Positions 18,037 to 26,854 of a DNA stretch of 59,490 nt are shown here, piece by piece; position 1 is the first letter of the stretch; each line of letters opens with the position of its first letter. The DNA is from a virus. Taxonomy: Duplodnaviria > Caudoviricetes. Under the pieces are notes generated by a model, which was not told the origin of the DNA, searched no databases, and saw only the letters and a program-made list of their open reading frames with translations. The stretch is taken from positions 1 through 59,490 of IMG/VR virus record IMGVR_UViG_3300023093_000001; one strand, given 5' to 3'. The position numbers and the translations under genes were made by a program.

Positions 18037-20703
18037 TTAGCTTGTAAGCATTGCACTGTTGAGTGTACTAGTAGGAACGCCTAGTGCACTAGCTACCTCT
18101 GCCTGTGTGTAACCAGCAGCAAGCATACTACTAGCCCTAGCCAGCTTAGCGTCGTTCATGACGGGCCTATCTCTAGGTGTAGCCAGGGACTTGACACTAT
18201 CTAGATCCGCATGGTTGAGGATCTGTACCAGCTTGTTGTTGCTAATAGCACCTGCTTGTATGGCGTTCCACTCACTGGGCGTGATCTCTATGTCCGTGTT
18301 CTTAACACCCATGCGCAAACGCGCTTGAGTAAGAGCCTGAGACTTGATCTTCTGGAGATCTTCTTTCTCCATACCAGGGGTGGCATCCTGTTTCATTCTG
18401 ATCTGGGCGTTTGCTAGCACCTGTGCTTGTCGCTCTAGGGGGGCCTTTTTAAGGGCCTCATTCAGCTTAGCATTGAGGGTGCTGACATCCTTAGCGAAGG
18501 CCGCCTTAGCAGAGGGTGAGTAAGGGATGGTCTTAGTTTCAAGAGCCGACTTTCTTGCACTATTGGCTAGGGACTTGAGTGAGTTAGCATACGTAGCATA
18601 CACTTCCTCAATGGGCTGCCCAGAAGAGAGCGACCTAGCATCCCTAGTTTCAGCCATCTTAGTCGACTGAAACTTCTTGACTACAGTTTGACCCTTCGCA
18701 TTCTCATACGATTCACCCGTGTACTGCCAGACTTTCTCGCCTGTCAGTGGGTCAATAGGGCCACCATCCTTAGCAGCGCGAGGCTTTCTGTTAGCTACGT
18801 CAATTCGAGACGAAGCTTTAGAGATAAGCGTAGACGCGCCACGAGCACCACTTCCCTCAGAAGACTGATATTTCACCTTCAGAGCAGCGATCCCATTGTC
18901 CTTAGCAGATTGCTTATAGTCCAAGTGGTGCTTCTCAGCATCAATGACAACCATTGAGTGGCGTACAGCGGCAGCAAGTTCTCTGTCGTTGGCACCCTTA
19001 ATGGACATGTCAGTGATTAGGTTAGAAATGTCTCCCATTTTAAGCTGCTTGTTGCGGGCGCTCATTTTCGGAGCATCCTTTGGCAGCTTGTAGATCTGAG
19101 GGTCGAAGTTCTCAAGCCCCTTCAAAGCAGGCTGATTCTTCACCTTCTTACTATTGTTCGGAATAACCAGAACAGTGTCGCCATCGAAATCAGCACCAGA
19201 CAACCGAGAGGCTACCTTGGAGTTGATTCCTACAGCATCGACAGCATTCGAAATAAGCCGCTTTGCATCTGGGTTCTTGTTGTTGACAGTCAGCTCAGGG
19301 ATCTCAAACTTACCACCATGAGGATGCCGAATAAGCACAACCTTCTCACCATCACGGTAATTAGGAGCGTAGATTTCGGTGTCCTTGAGTGAAGCTATCG
19401 GCAGGATGACATGACTCTTGGTCCTTGGGAGACCTGAAGCCTTAAGGTGCACCGAAGACGAATCCGCACCATCCGCAAACTTCTCGAGAAGCAACTTGCG
19501 AACCGCAGGATTTGTCAAACCCATGATCTCGTCGTACTCGGCCTTCTTCTCATTGAAGCGAAGACCTAGCTGTTCCTTAGCCAGAGCTGGTGTCTGCTTA
19601 GAAAGGAACTGCGAAGAAAGCTTGCTAGACCAAGTGGACCAGTTACCTTCCTCGTTGACGATGTTGAGAGCCGATACAACCTTCTTGCCATCTGGCGTTG
19701 TACGCTGTCGAATAACAGTTCCGAAAGGGTTTTCCGGATCAGACTTCAGCGGCTTCATAGCATCAAGTTTGTTACCCGTGTTGGACTTGTTCGTATTGAA
19801 GCGAATATCCACACCGTCAGGAAGGTCGTCGGCATACATCGCCATGCCCTTCAAATAGTGCGTACCTCCAACAGCAACTCGAACCTGAGCATAACGGGCA
19901 TTACCCATACTAAGATCTGCGACACCGCGACGAATTTCAATAACACCATCAGCATCAGCTCCACCATCCTCAGCGTACTTCACAGCAACGCGTTTGGGGT
20001 TGACCTGAAGTGGGGGCATTACTGATGTCCAGGATTTACCTGAATCATCCGTCCACGTTGTGATCCCACGAATCTTGTCCTGATTCTTAATTACATCAGG
20101 GAACGTGGTACCTGGAGGCGCGAGAATCTTAGTGTTGGTGAACTGACCAGTACCTACCTGAGGAACCTTGACGTAGAAAGCTTTGTAGCCTTCCTCTTCG
20201 AGGGCAGCGATAGCGGTCTTCATCTTCTGGTTCGTTACACCCAAGTAGTGTTCTGTTCCAGTACCAACATCCAGATATGTTTTCTCAGCAACCTGATCTC
20301 TCAACATCTTCGTGGTGTTAAGCAGCTGGTCGCTACGTTCTTGGATCGCAGGGTTAAGAAGCGCCCTAACGTTCGATTCCCCCTTGAGCCCCATCCGTTC
20401 AGCAATGGCACTATTGGAATATCCCTTGTCCTTGAGTCTCACAGCCATCATCATGTCATCCTTGCGGACAGCATTCTTGGCGACCGACTTCAAAGCTCGA
20501 AGTTGCGTGGTTGAGTTGAGCCCCAAGCCTTTCGCAATATCAGCTTCACTCAGCCCTTGCTTCTTAAGAGTCTCGACATGATCCAGGAAGGATTTGTTCC
20601 TCTGGTTTGGATTCTCACCAGACCCCCAAGGATATCGCCCCGAACGGCGAAGTACGCCCTCATGCATGAGGAACGCTGTTACTGCGTCTAGTTCCTCTTC
20701 CAT
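18037..20703 (-). CDS. Putative single-chain two-barrel RNA polymerase with HTH domains
   Basis: DG.IEI, AQVR.....LKGM, IRHPH and LSGADFDGD (19177-19191); HTH-like segments at both ends. Confidence 0.8.
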   Translation of the reverse strand: MEEELDAVTAFLMHEGVLRRSGRYPWGSGENPNQRNKSFLDHVETLKKQGLSEADIAKGLGLNSTTQLRALKSVAKNAVRKDDMMMAVRLKDKGYSNSAIAERMGLKGESNVRALLNPAIQERSDQLLNTTKMLRDQVAEKTYLDVGTGTEHYLGVTNQKMKTAIAALEEEGYKAFYVKVPQVGTGQFTNTKILAPPGTTFPDVIKNQDKIRGITTWTDDSGKSWTSVMPPLQVNPKRVAVKYAEDGGADADGVIEIRRGVADLSMGNARYAQVRVAVGGTHYLKGMAMYADDLPDGVDIRFNTNKSNTGNKLDAMKPLKSDPENPFGTVIRQRTTPDGKKVVSALNIVNEEGNWSTWSSKLSSQFLSKQTPALAKEQLGLRFNEKKAEYDEIMGLTNPAVRKLLLEKFADGADSSSVHLKASGLPRTKSHVILPIASLKDTEIYAPNYRDGEKVVLIRHPHGGKFEIPELTVNNKNPDAKRLISNAVDAVGINSKVASRLSGADFDGDTVLVIPNNSKKVKNQPALKGLENFDPQIYKLPKDAPKMSARNKQLKMGDISNLITDMSIKGANDRELAAAVRHSMVVIDAEKHHLDYKQSAKDNGIAALKVKYQSSEGSGARGASTLISKASSRIDVANRKPRAAKDGGPIDPLTGEKVWQYTGESYENAKGQTVVKKFQSTKMAETRDARSLSSGQPIEEVYATYANSLKSLANSARKSALETKTIPYSPSAKAAFAKDVSTLNAKLNEALKKAPLERQAQVLANAQIRMKQDATPGMEKEDLQKIKSQALTQARLRMGVKNTDIEITPSEWNAIQAGAISNNKLVQILNHADLDSVKSLATPRDRPVMNDAKLARASSMLAAGYTQAEVASALGVPTSTLNSAMLTS

Positions 20704-21260
20704 CAGGATGCCCGAGCCTTCCATTTTTCAATCAGTTCGTCGAATGTGAGAATCTTGTCGATGTAGTGCGTGAGCTCATCCAGTGTTGGAATATACTCAC
20801 GAATTTCATCATTTTGGTAGATGCGAAGAACGATCTCAATTTCATTCGGTTTGAACTGGTACTCGATGAGGAAGAAGCAGGCGTAGATAATGAGCTGATC
20901 GAACTTAGCCTCATTCACACCATTCTTCAAGTCATGAATACGTAGAACGTTGTTGTAGAACGAAATTGCATCTGCCGTGCCGAAAGCATTGTTAGTTGCC
21001 ATCAGCATTACTTCAGTGTCCATCCGAAAACCAATAGCGTCATTGACGTAGGCATTCAGTGTTACATTGTTCTCAGGCATCCTCTGCTTGAGAAAGATTG
21101 CTTCTGCTGCAAATGCATGTAGGCGTGTGCCCATTGCTGCATCCATAGCATTCTGCCAGGACTCGTATAACTTGTCTTCGTCATACCTTACCCAGTGGTA
21201 TTTTGAGGCGGACAGGAAAGCGTGCCTTCCTGCATCACGTGAGTGATCTAACCATTTCAC
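20703..21260 (-). CDS. Cas4/RecB-like PD-(D/E)XK nuclease (DUF2800-like)
   Basis: HAFLSAS, GT.LH, GTADAI, DLK.G, QL.IYA. Confidence 0.8.
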   Translation of the reverse strand: MKWLDHSRDAGRHAFLSASKYHWVRYDEDKLYESWQNAMDAAMGTRLHAFAAEAIFLKQRMPENNVTLNAYVNDAIGFRMDTEVMLMATNNAFGTADAISFYNNVLRIHDLKNGVNEAKFDQLIIYACFFLIEYQFKPNEIEIVLRIYQNDEIREYIPTLDELTHYIDKILTFDELIEKWKARAS

Positions 21261-21534
21261 CTATTATCTCCTTTCGATTTTCGGGGCAGATCATCGCCGA
21301 GTAACTCATAGCATTCAGTTCACCAATCCACCATTCCTGGCCAGGCTGGTATTCCTCGTGCTCAGAGCGCTTGACTTCAAGAGCTGCCCACTGGTTCTTG
21401 TAGAGGATAAGCAAGTCAGGAAAACCCAACAGCGTGAAACCCGGCTTTACGAGAACCACACAATCGGTAAGGAGCCCCTCGATCTCTTTCTTGAGATCCG
21501 ACTGGAACGCCGCTTCCAACTTGTTCATCATCAA
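21235..21534 (-). CDS. VRR-NUC domain nuclease
   Basis: E..FQ, GFPDL, LEVK, Q..W. Confidence 0.85.
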   Translation of the reverse strand: MMMNKLEAAFQSDLKKEIEGLLTDCVVLVKPGFTLLGFPDLLILYKNQWAALEVKRSEHEEYQPGQEWWIGELNAMSYSAMICPENRKEIIGEMVRSLT

Positions 21535-21590
21535 TTCCTCTCACAAAAACCAAAGGATGTGTAGAATTCGCAATGCGTACTCTATTCCTT

Positions 21591-21617
21591 CTATTATAAC
21601 CTGTGTTTAACTTGCGT
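21591..21617 (-). promoter_or_regulatory. Phage promoter motif copy 1
   Basis: ACGCA AGTTA AACA CAGG TTATAATA; upstream of the VRR-NUC/nuclease/RNAP operon. Confidence 0.7.
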
Positions 21618-21622
21618 GAAAT

Positions 21623-21944
21623 TGATACAAGGCCTTTCTGAGCTCCGCCCACGCCCACATTTGAATTCGAATTAGCTTGTCATATTGTTGTAACATGTTA
21701 CAATTTTCTAAGAAGTAAGTAGAGAATAAAAGTGGGTTTTTGGGTTTTTTTCGATTTTATACCCCTACATCCCAATGAATACGGGGTTTTTGCTCCGCCC
21801 AATTCTGAACGCGATTGATACAAGACACCCACTTTTGAAACACAGATATGGGCTTTTTGATACAAGCGAGTGATACTCGTCCGGAGCGGCGCCTGACAGA
21901 TAGTCAACCGAAATGCCCATTCTTGTATCACTGCGCTTGTATCA
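21623..21944. repeat. TGATACAAG iteron cluster, putative replication origin
   Basis: Copies at 21623, 21816, 21858 (direct) and 21922, 21936 (inverted) around an AT-rich non-coding core. Confidence 0.55.
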
Positions 21945-21949
21945 ATTTG

Positions 21950-22171
21950 CTAAACATACAGCTCAGGGAACGCCGATCGGAGTAATGACAGCACTGTTCT
22001 GTGGTATCGTTTTCCGTTCTTTGTCAGCTGTGCTGTGGGAGTAGCTCCCGTGTCATGTATTCCATGGATATCTCGTGTTCTGACTCTACGAATAACCCCA
22101 TGACTGGCTATCTCGTACCCTGGAAACTCCGGAAGCTCACGCCACTCCAGATTTACTGCACCACCCTTCAC
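21950..22171 (-). CDS. NUMOD4-like protein
   Basis: EWRELPEFPGYEIASHG.IR. Confidence 0.7.
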   Translation of the reverse strand: MKGGAVNLEWRELPEFPGYEIASHGVIRRVRTRDIHGIHDTGATPTAQLTKNGKRYHRTVLSLLRSAFPELYV

Positions 22172-22485
22172 CCGAAAGTACCAAACGTCTGGTTAATGAG
22201 AGTTCGGATCCTGAACGAATGTCTTCCACCCTCATCGTCCCTCAACCGCAGAACTCCGGAAGCATTCTCAACACGCAAGAACTTTCCTGTGCTTAGTTGA
22301 AAGACCTCACCATGAATGCTGATTTGGTAGTCACTGAATCCCGGAATAGCTTTTGGCTCGGGCGCAGTGACAGCCCCACATGTACAGTTGAACCGCTGAT
22401 CGAAGTTCTCCCACACACGACACTCAGCAGTGTGTCCCTGCTTGTCTAGAAAGGGCCTCTCTACCCCATCTCCTTTGTAGCCCAC
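22168..22485 (-). CDS. NUMOD4-like protein
   Basis: IPGFSDYQISIHGEV. Confidence 0.6.
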   Translation of the reverse strand: MGYKGDGVERPFLDKQGHTAECRVWENFDQRFNCTCGAVTAPEPKAIPGFSDYQISIHGEVFQLSTGKFLRVENASGVLRLRDDEGGRHSFRIRTLINQTFGTFG

Positions 22486-23756
22486 TAAGCGGCCATCCTC
22501 TCGTAGTAGTCCACATCTGGCACAGGAGTGAATTCCTTGACCAGACTCTTTTCGTTGAAGTTCTTCTTCGTTACCACTGCCTTCCAGATACTCTTGTCGA
22601 TCACGGTGTCACTTCTCAGCACGTAGTAGTACAGATCGAAATATGGTGTGTTGATCCGATCGATACGTCCTTGGCACTGCTCGAAGATCTTGTAGCTGTA
22701 GTTCAGGGAATAGAACACTACTGCATCAGTTGTCGTGCAATTCCATCCCTCAGCTCCTGCTGTGTACTGAACAAGATAGAGCCACGCATCTCCTTCAGGG
22801 AGTTGTTGATGCTTATGACCGTTCCACTCGGCCGTAACAACCCCGAGTGTTCCTGCAAGGGTACGTAAAGCGTCGAGCTCATAGTTGAAATTATAGAAGA
22901 CAATGAGTTTCTTGTGCTTCTCCAGTTTCTCCATAACAACTCCGAGTCGATCAGGATCAGAGTTGACCACCTGACGAGCCACACGATACAGCTCGGCAAT
23001 ATCACGTATTGGCCGCTCCTCCAGATAATTCCATCGGTCCTTCCAGACTCGATCGAAATTCTCCTGAGAATGTTTGACAGTAACCTGGAATACGTGCCTT
23101 GTTGTATGACGAGCGAACTCCATGTCAACCAATATCCGCATACGTAGATTCGCCAAGTGACGGGTCTCCACGTAATGATCCACCTTCGGAAACTGGGTGA
23201 AACTCGAGTAAACGACATGACGCCGAAGGAATTCCGTACGGTTCTTATAGAAACCGTTGGCCACAAGGACGGGAATATAGTCCATCCAATTGTCCCCAGG
23301 GGTCGCTGACAGCATGATCCATCGATTGTTCCGAGCAATCTTGAGAAAGGCCTTAACCCATGCTCCACTTCCAACCAAGCGTTGCTCATCAAATATGAAG
23401 AAGGCATCCTTTACCTCCGTGTACTCGAGGAGGTTGTTCCAGGAATCAACTTCAAGTTTAATTCCACTGATGCTATTATCGCGTACCCTTGTAATAAGGA
23501 AAGGAAGAGCTTCCGCTTCCCAATCTCTGTCATCACGTTTTTTTGCTGTAGTGATAATGTAGATATCTTTTGGGTCATTTGGTTCCCTCGTATCACCCCG
23601 ACCGTTAATACGGAGCGTTCCCCTTGCTTCTTTCTCGTAGAAGTATGCGAGGGCTGTTCTTGTCTTTCCACTTCCAACACCACCTTTCAGTATGCAGCCA
23701 TTGTGCATCTTACCCACAGCCTCAAGTTGATGAGGATACAGGTCAATGCTAGCCAT
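22485..23756 (-). CDS. SF2 (SNF2-like) DNA helicase
   Basis: LYPHQ, GSGKT, FDE, SATP, GAEG.N, Q..GRIDR. Confidence 0.9.
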   Translation of the reverse strand: MASIDLYPHQLEAVGKMHNGCILKGGVGSGKTRTALAYFYEKEARGTLRINGRGDTREPNDPKDIYIITTAKKRDDRDWEAEALPFLITRVRDNSISGIKLEVDSWNNLLEYTEVKDAFFIFDEQRLVGSGAWVKAFLKIARNNRWIMLSATPGDNWMDYIPVLVANGFYKNRTEFLRRHVVYSSFTQFPKVDHYVETRHLANLRMRILVDMEFARHTTRHVFQVTVKHSQENFDRVWKDRWNYLEERPIRDIAELYRVARQVVNSDPDRLGVVMEKLEKHKKLIVFYNFNYELDALRTLAGTLGVVTAEWNGHKHQQLPEGDAWLYLVQYTAGAEGWNCTTTDAVVFYSLNYSYKIFEQCQGRIDRINTPYFDLYYYVLRSDTVIDKSIWKAVVTKKNFNEKSLVKEFTPVPDVDYYERMAA

Positions 23757-24054
23757 TCAGTATTGCTCTTAGCTGTTCGGGAGTTAGTGCCTTGTATTCC
23801 TTGATGATCGCTTCCATTCGCTCGACCATCTTGTCCAGCATGAAAGTGGCTGTTTCACACTGGACCCAAAGAGGATCAAATGCAGAAGCCTCTTTTGTAA
23901 CACGCTGCGCCAGCTTCAAATCCAGCTCTAACTGGTATCGAATTGTGTTATAAGGACCTTCCTCTTCTTGCCTAGTGAGGAAGAACCCCAGTGGAGCCTT
24001 CAATACCTCGGTCAGAGGTACTGTTTTTGGTGGTAGCATTACACTTCCTTCCAT
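23749..24054 (-). CDS. Hypothetical protein
   Basis: Tight operon packing. Confidence 0.6.
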   Translation of the reverse strand: MEGSVMLPPKTVPLTEVLKAPLGFFLTRQEEEGPYNTIRYQLELDLKLAQRVTKEASAFDPLWVQCETATFMLDKMVERMEAIIKEYKALTPEQLRAILNG

Positions 24055-24407
24055 AGTTCTGTTCTAGCCGTCTCTAGGGCGGCACCCAGCGCTGGTGATA
24101 TGAATCGAATTTCCGACCGTTCATCGTCCGTAGCGTCTGCCCAAGTGGCGATGACGATCCCGATGTGGCGACTTGTCCCTTGATACCACATCCGGTTCCG
24201 CTCCACGACCTCCTTGGCGCGCTTCATCTGAGCACGACCGAACGCTAGATCGATGAACTTGTACTTCCGGTTGCTCTTATCCCTTCGGACTGCTAAGAAC
24301 AGTGTTCCAGGGAAATCGATGTTGAACCCCGCACGCCAGTCTCCCAGTATGGGAGTGAGACGGAAGCGAGAACTCTTCATACCCTTGTGCCGAATATGCA
24401 CTCTCAT
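24039..24407 (-). CDS. Hypothetical protein
   Basis: Tight operon packing. Confidence 0.6.
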   Translation of the reverse strand: MRVHIRHKGMKSSRFRLTPILGDWRAGFNIDFPGTLFLAVRRDKSNRKYKFIDLAFGRAQMKRAKEVVERNRMWYQGTSRHIGIVIATWADATDDERSEIRFISPALGAALETARTELWKEV

Positions 24408-24637
24408 AGTTTCTTCTCCATCGCGAGCTCAAAGCACTTTGGGCAGATCTTACTTGCACCCTGCACGTCAGATAGTTTGCTAAAAGGACTTGGCACATAC
24501 CCACAAAGGGCGATCAAAATGGTAGTTTCCCGTTTGAACCACCGCTTGAGATCACCTTTCTTGTAGGCATGCTTGAGGCCCTTATAGACGCTCCCCTGGT
24601 CCGTTGCCATGAGCAGATCGCTCTCTAATGTTACCAT
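24404..24637 (-). CDS. Small Cys-containing hypothetical protein
   Basis: ALCG...CPKC motif. Confidence 0.6.
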   Translation of the reverse strand: MVTLESDLLMATDQGSVYKGLKHAYKKGDLKRWFKRETTILIALCGYVPSPFSKLSDVQGASKICPKCFELAMEKKL

Positions 24638-24857
24638 TTACTACCTCCCTTAGTGTTTCACCAAATCCGTTGTATAACATCTCTACTTCCTCGATCCCAT
24701 CGAAGTCCTTTTCAGCGCTCTTTAGAGCCTCTAGGAGCTCGTAATCGATGTGGAGCCCGTCCCCCGCATGAAATGCCGTTAGAATGCCCGCTAGGGCCCT
24801 CTCAGGGGACATTGTGCGGGGTTCAGTATACCCCACAGCCTCCTCATAGGTAGTCAC
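24582..24857 (-). CDS. Hypothetical protein
   Basis: Operon packing. Confidence 0.55.
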   Translation of the reverse strand: MTTYEEAVGYTEPRTMSPERALAGILTAFHAGDGLHIDYELLEALKSAEKDFDGIEEVEMLYNGFGETLREVVNGNIRERSAHGNGPGERL

Positions 24858-24859
24858 AT

Positions 24860-25435
24860 CTACTCCCAGCTCTTCTTGAAGCCATAATCGATCGTGTCAT
24901 GCAGCGGGTAGATATGGAACTGCTCGTTACTCAGCACTTCCTGCCAGTAGAGAGCCTTCTCCGCCTTGACGTAGGCCAGCGTTACATGCGCCTTGTACTC
25001 TGGGAAAGTATTGACGTGCGGCAGATATGACAGGCGAGCATGCGCATCCCTGAGCAGCGTGTGCTCCACCTCCACGACGATCGCAGAGTAGGGCTTACCC
25101 TCAGTGTGGAATATCGACACCTTCTGAGGATCCAGCCACATCGGAGCAGCCCAACCCTTCAAGACACCGTCGATCGCCTCTTTGTTGTACCCGGCTTTCA
25201 ACAGACCATAGAGCAAGGTAATATGCGCCTCGCCCGTAACGTCCCCTGCAACCCACCCCTCCGACGGGTCGTTCGATGCGTAGAGGTCCTCCGGATCCAG
25301 ATGGAAGGAACGCCCCTGACCGAACAGCTCGAAGGGCTCAACCGGAAGCATGACTGCGCCCAGCTCGTTCACGTCGATACTCAGTCCTTCCATGACCCAG
25401 TCGAACTCGTGAATGCTTTTGGTTAGTTGTACCAT
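24860..25435 (-). CDS. 2H phosphoesterase (Acb1/T4 gp57B-like candidate)
   Basis: Two HxT motifs: HITLLYG and HVTLAY. Confidence 0.75.
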   Translation of the reverse strand: MVQLTKSIHEFDWVMEGLSIDVNELGAVMLPVEPFELFGQGRSFHLDPEDLYASNDPSEGWVAGDVTGEAHITLLYGLLKAGYNKEAIDGVLKGWAAPMWLDPQKVSIFHTEGKPYSAIVVEVEHTLLRDAHARLSYLPHVNTFPEYKAHVTLAYVKAEKALYWQEVLSNEQFHIYPLHDTIDYGFKKSWE

Positions 25436-25707
25436 CAGTTTTCTCCAAATGTTGATTGGACTAATTTGTCCAGACTGCGATTTGTGGATTCGGTTTTTCC
25501 GTTTTTTCTCTTCTTCGTTAGGTAAATAAGGGGTTTGCCAGGAACTCTCTCAAACGGCAATATCATCCGTCTAAGCTTCAGATGGATCACGTGGCCGTAC
25601 TGATTGATCCAATAACCGGGGAAGTTCTTAATCTGCCGCCAAGTACTATCCCACGGAACTAAATCGCCATTGTTTTGTTCAACCACTTCCACAGTCTGCG
25701 ATACCAC
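25435..25707 (-). CDS. NUMOD4-like protein (start uncertain)
   Basis: WRQIKNFPGYWINQYGHV. Confidence 0.6.
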   Translation of the reverse strand: MVSQTVEVVEQNNGDLVPWDSTWRQIKNFPGYWINQYGHVIHLKLRRMILPFERVPGKPLIYLTKKRKNGKTESTNRSLDKLVQSTFGEN

Positions 25708-26093
25708 CTTTCTGGTTTTGTGGTGATGTAATAATCGAGGGTGTATGCCTGCATGGCGTCACGGAATGCCTCATCCTGGGCACGCTTGTACCGGTAGAAT
25801 GGGCTAGCCTCGAACAGAGAATTGATGTCCGGGTACAAGACCTTGAGTTGAGCAGAATTTTCCTTGAACGCAGCTTTCATCTGTTCTACCGTCATGCCGC
25901 CCATAAACGGTTCAATGAGATACGTCCAGGTAAGCGACGGGTACTCCGAGTGGTATGTTGGATAGAACTGTGCTTTAGTCAGGTACTGGTGGCCCAAGCA
26001 CCGATCACACTTCCAGACTATGAAGTTGTACGCAGAGCTCTGCCGGGAGATCCGGAAGAAATGCTTCTGGTGGGGTAAGCAGGGGAACATCAC
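25659..26093 (-). CDS. Hypothetical protein
   Basis: Start overlaps the upstream stop; C..H / CDRC. Confidence 0.55.
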   Translation of the reverse strand: MMFPCLPHQKHFFRISRQSSAYNFIVWKCDRCLGHQYLTKAQFYPTYHSEYPSLTWTYLIEPFMGGMTVEQMKAAFKENSAQLKVLYPDINSLFEASPFYRYKRAQDEAFRDAMQAYTLDYYITTKPERWYRRLWKWLNKTMAI

Positions 26094-26476
26094 GCCTCCA
26101 TCGAAGTGATAACAGGGACTTTGTCGTAGACCTGCCACAAGACGGGTTCTCCAACCTCGTCTTTCAGAACAACATTGCCCCAGATGTTAGGCATAGAATC
26201 TATCCAGGAAGACAGTTTGTTCCACTCAGACGCCTCCATCTCCACGTAATCCGACTTGGAAATGTTGAAGGTCGCAGCCAGGATGATTCCGCCGTCGACA
26301 TAGCCCTCTCTGGGAATAAGATCCTCGGCAGTTCCCATGCGGACTGCGTCATCAGGATCTTTTTGCTCGTCAAACCAAAAACCACCGGCCGACGCATTGA
26401 ATTTGAAGTAGGTTTGGGAATCGAAGGCTGGGTCAAACCCAAAAGACATCATTCGATCCCATGTGTTTTCGATCAT
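26090..26476 (-). CDS. Hypothetical protein
   Basis: Conserved AAGGAGAAAAACTGATG start. Confidence 0.7.
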   Translation of the reverse strand: MIENTWDRMMSFGFDPAFDSQTYFKFNASAGGFWFDEQKDPDDAVRMGTAEDLIPREGYVDGGIILAATFNISKSDYVEMEASEWNKLSSWIDSMPNIWGNVVLKDEVGEPVLWQVYDKVPVITSMEA

Positions 26477-26527
26477 CAGTTTTTCTCCTTAAATTGATAC
26501 AAGAGGTAAATCTATAAGCAAGGTGGA

Positions 26528-26568
26528 ACGGGAGCATGGAAGGTGTAAGACCCATACCATGCTCCCGT
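26528..26568 (-). other. 12-bp intergenic hairpin
   Basis: acgggagcatgg / ccatgctcccgt. Confidence 0.6.
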
Positions 26569-26588
26569 CTTGCCAAAATGATCGATAT

Positions 26589-26815
26589 GGGTGGGTAGCG
26601 AGCCCTCCTATATGAACGTATTCAGCAACTTAACCTCTACTAGGACGTAAATACACAGGGACTTTTGCGCCGTGGAATCCCAGCTCCTGTCTATCTCAAC
26701 AGGTGTATGTGTAGTACAGTCACGATGGGCGCATGCCGGCCAAGGGCTTATCCTTGTTAAAAGACGGCTTGCGTTGTCGTTTAATTCCTAGCTTAACTAA
26801 AGCTGGAACCCACCC
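26589..26815 (-). ncRNA. Candidate ~230 nt multi-branched structured RNA
   Basis: Closing stem gggtgggt/acccaccc, at least 4 internal hairpins, possible pseudoknot; no ORF of 60 aa or more. Confidence 0.5.
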
Positions 26816-26854
26816 GCTCAGAGCCTAAGACCTATTTATAGACGCTCTGTCGTC

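Noticed and set aside
20703-21260. Cas4 as part of a CRISPR system
   Set aside because: Standalone phage PD-(D/E)XK nuclease lacking the Fe-S cysteines; no array
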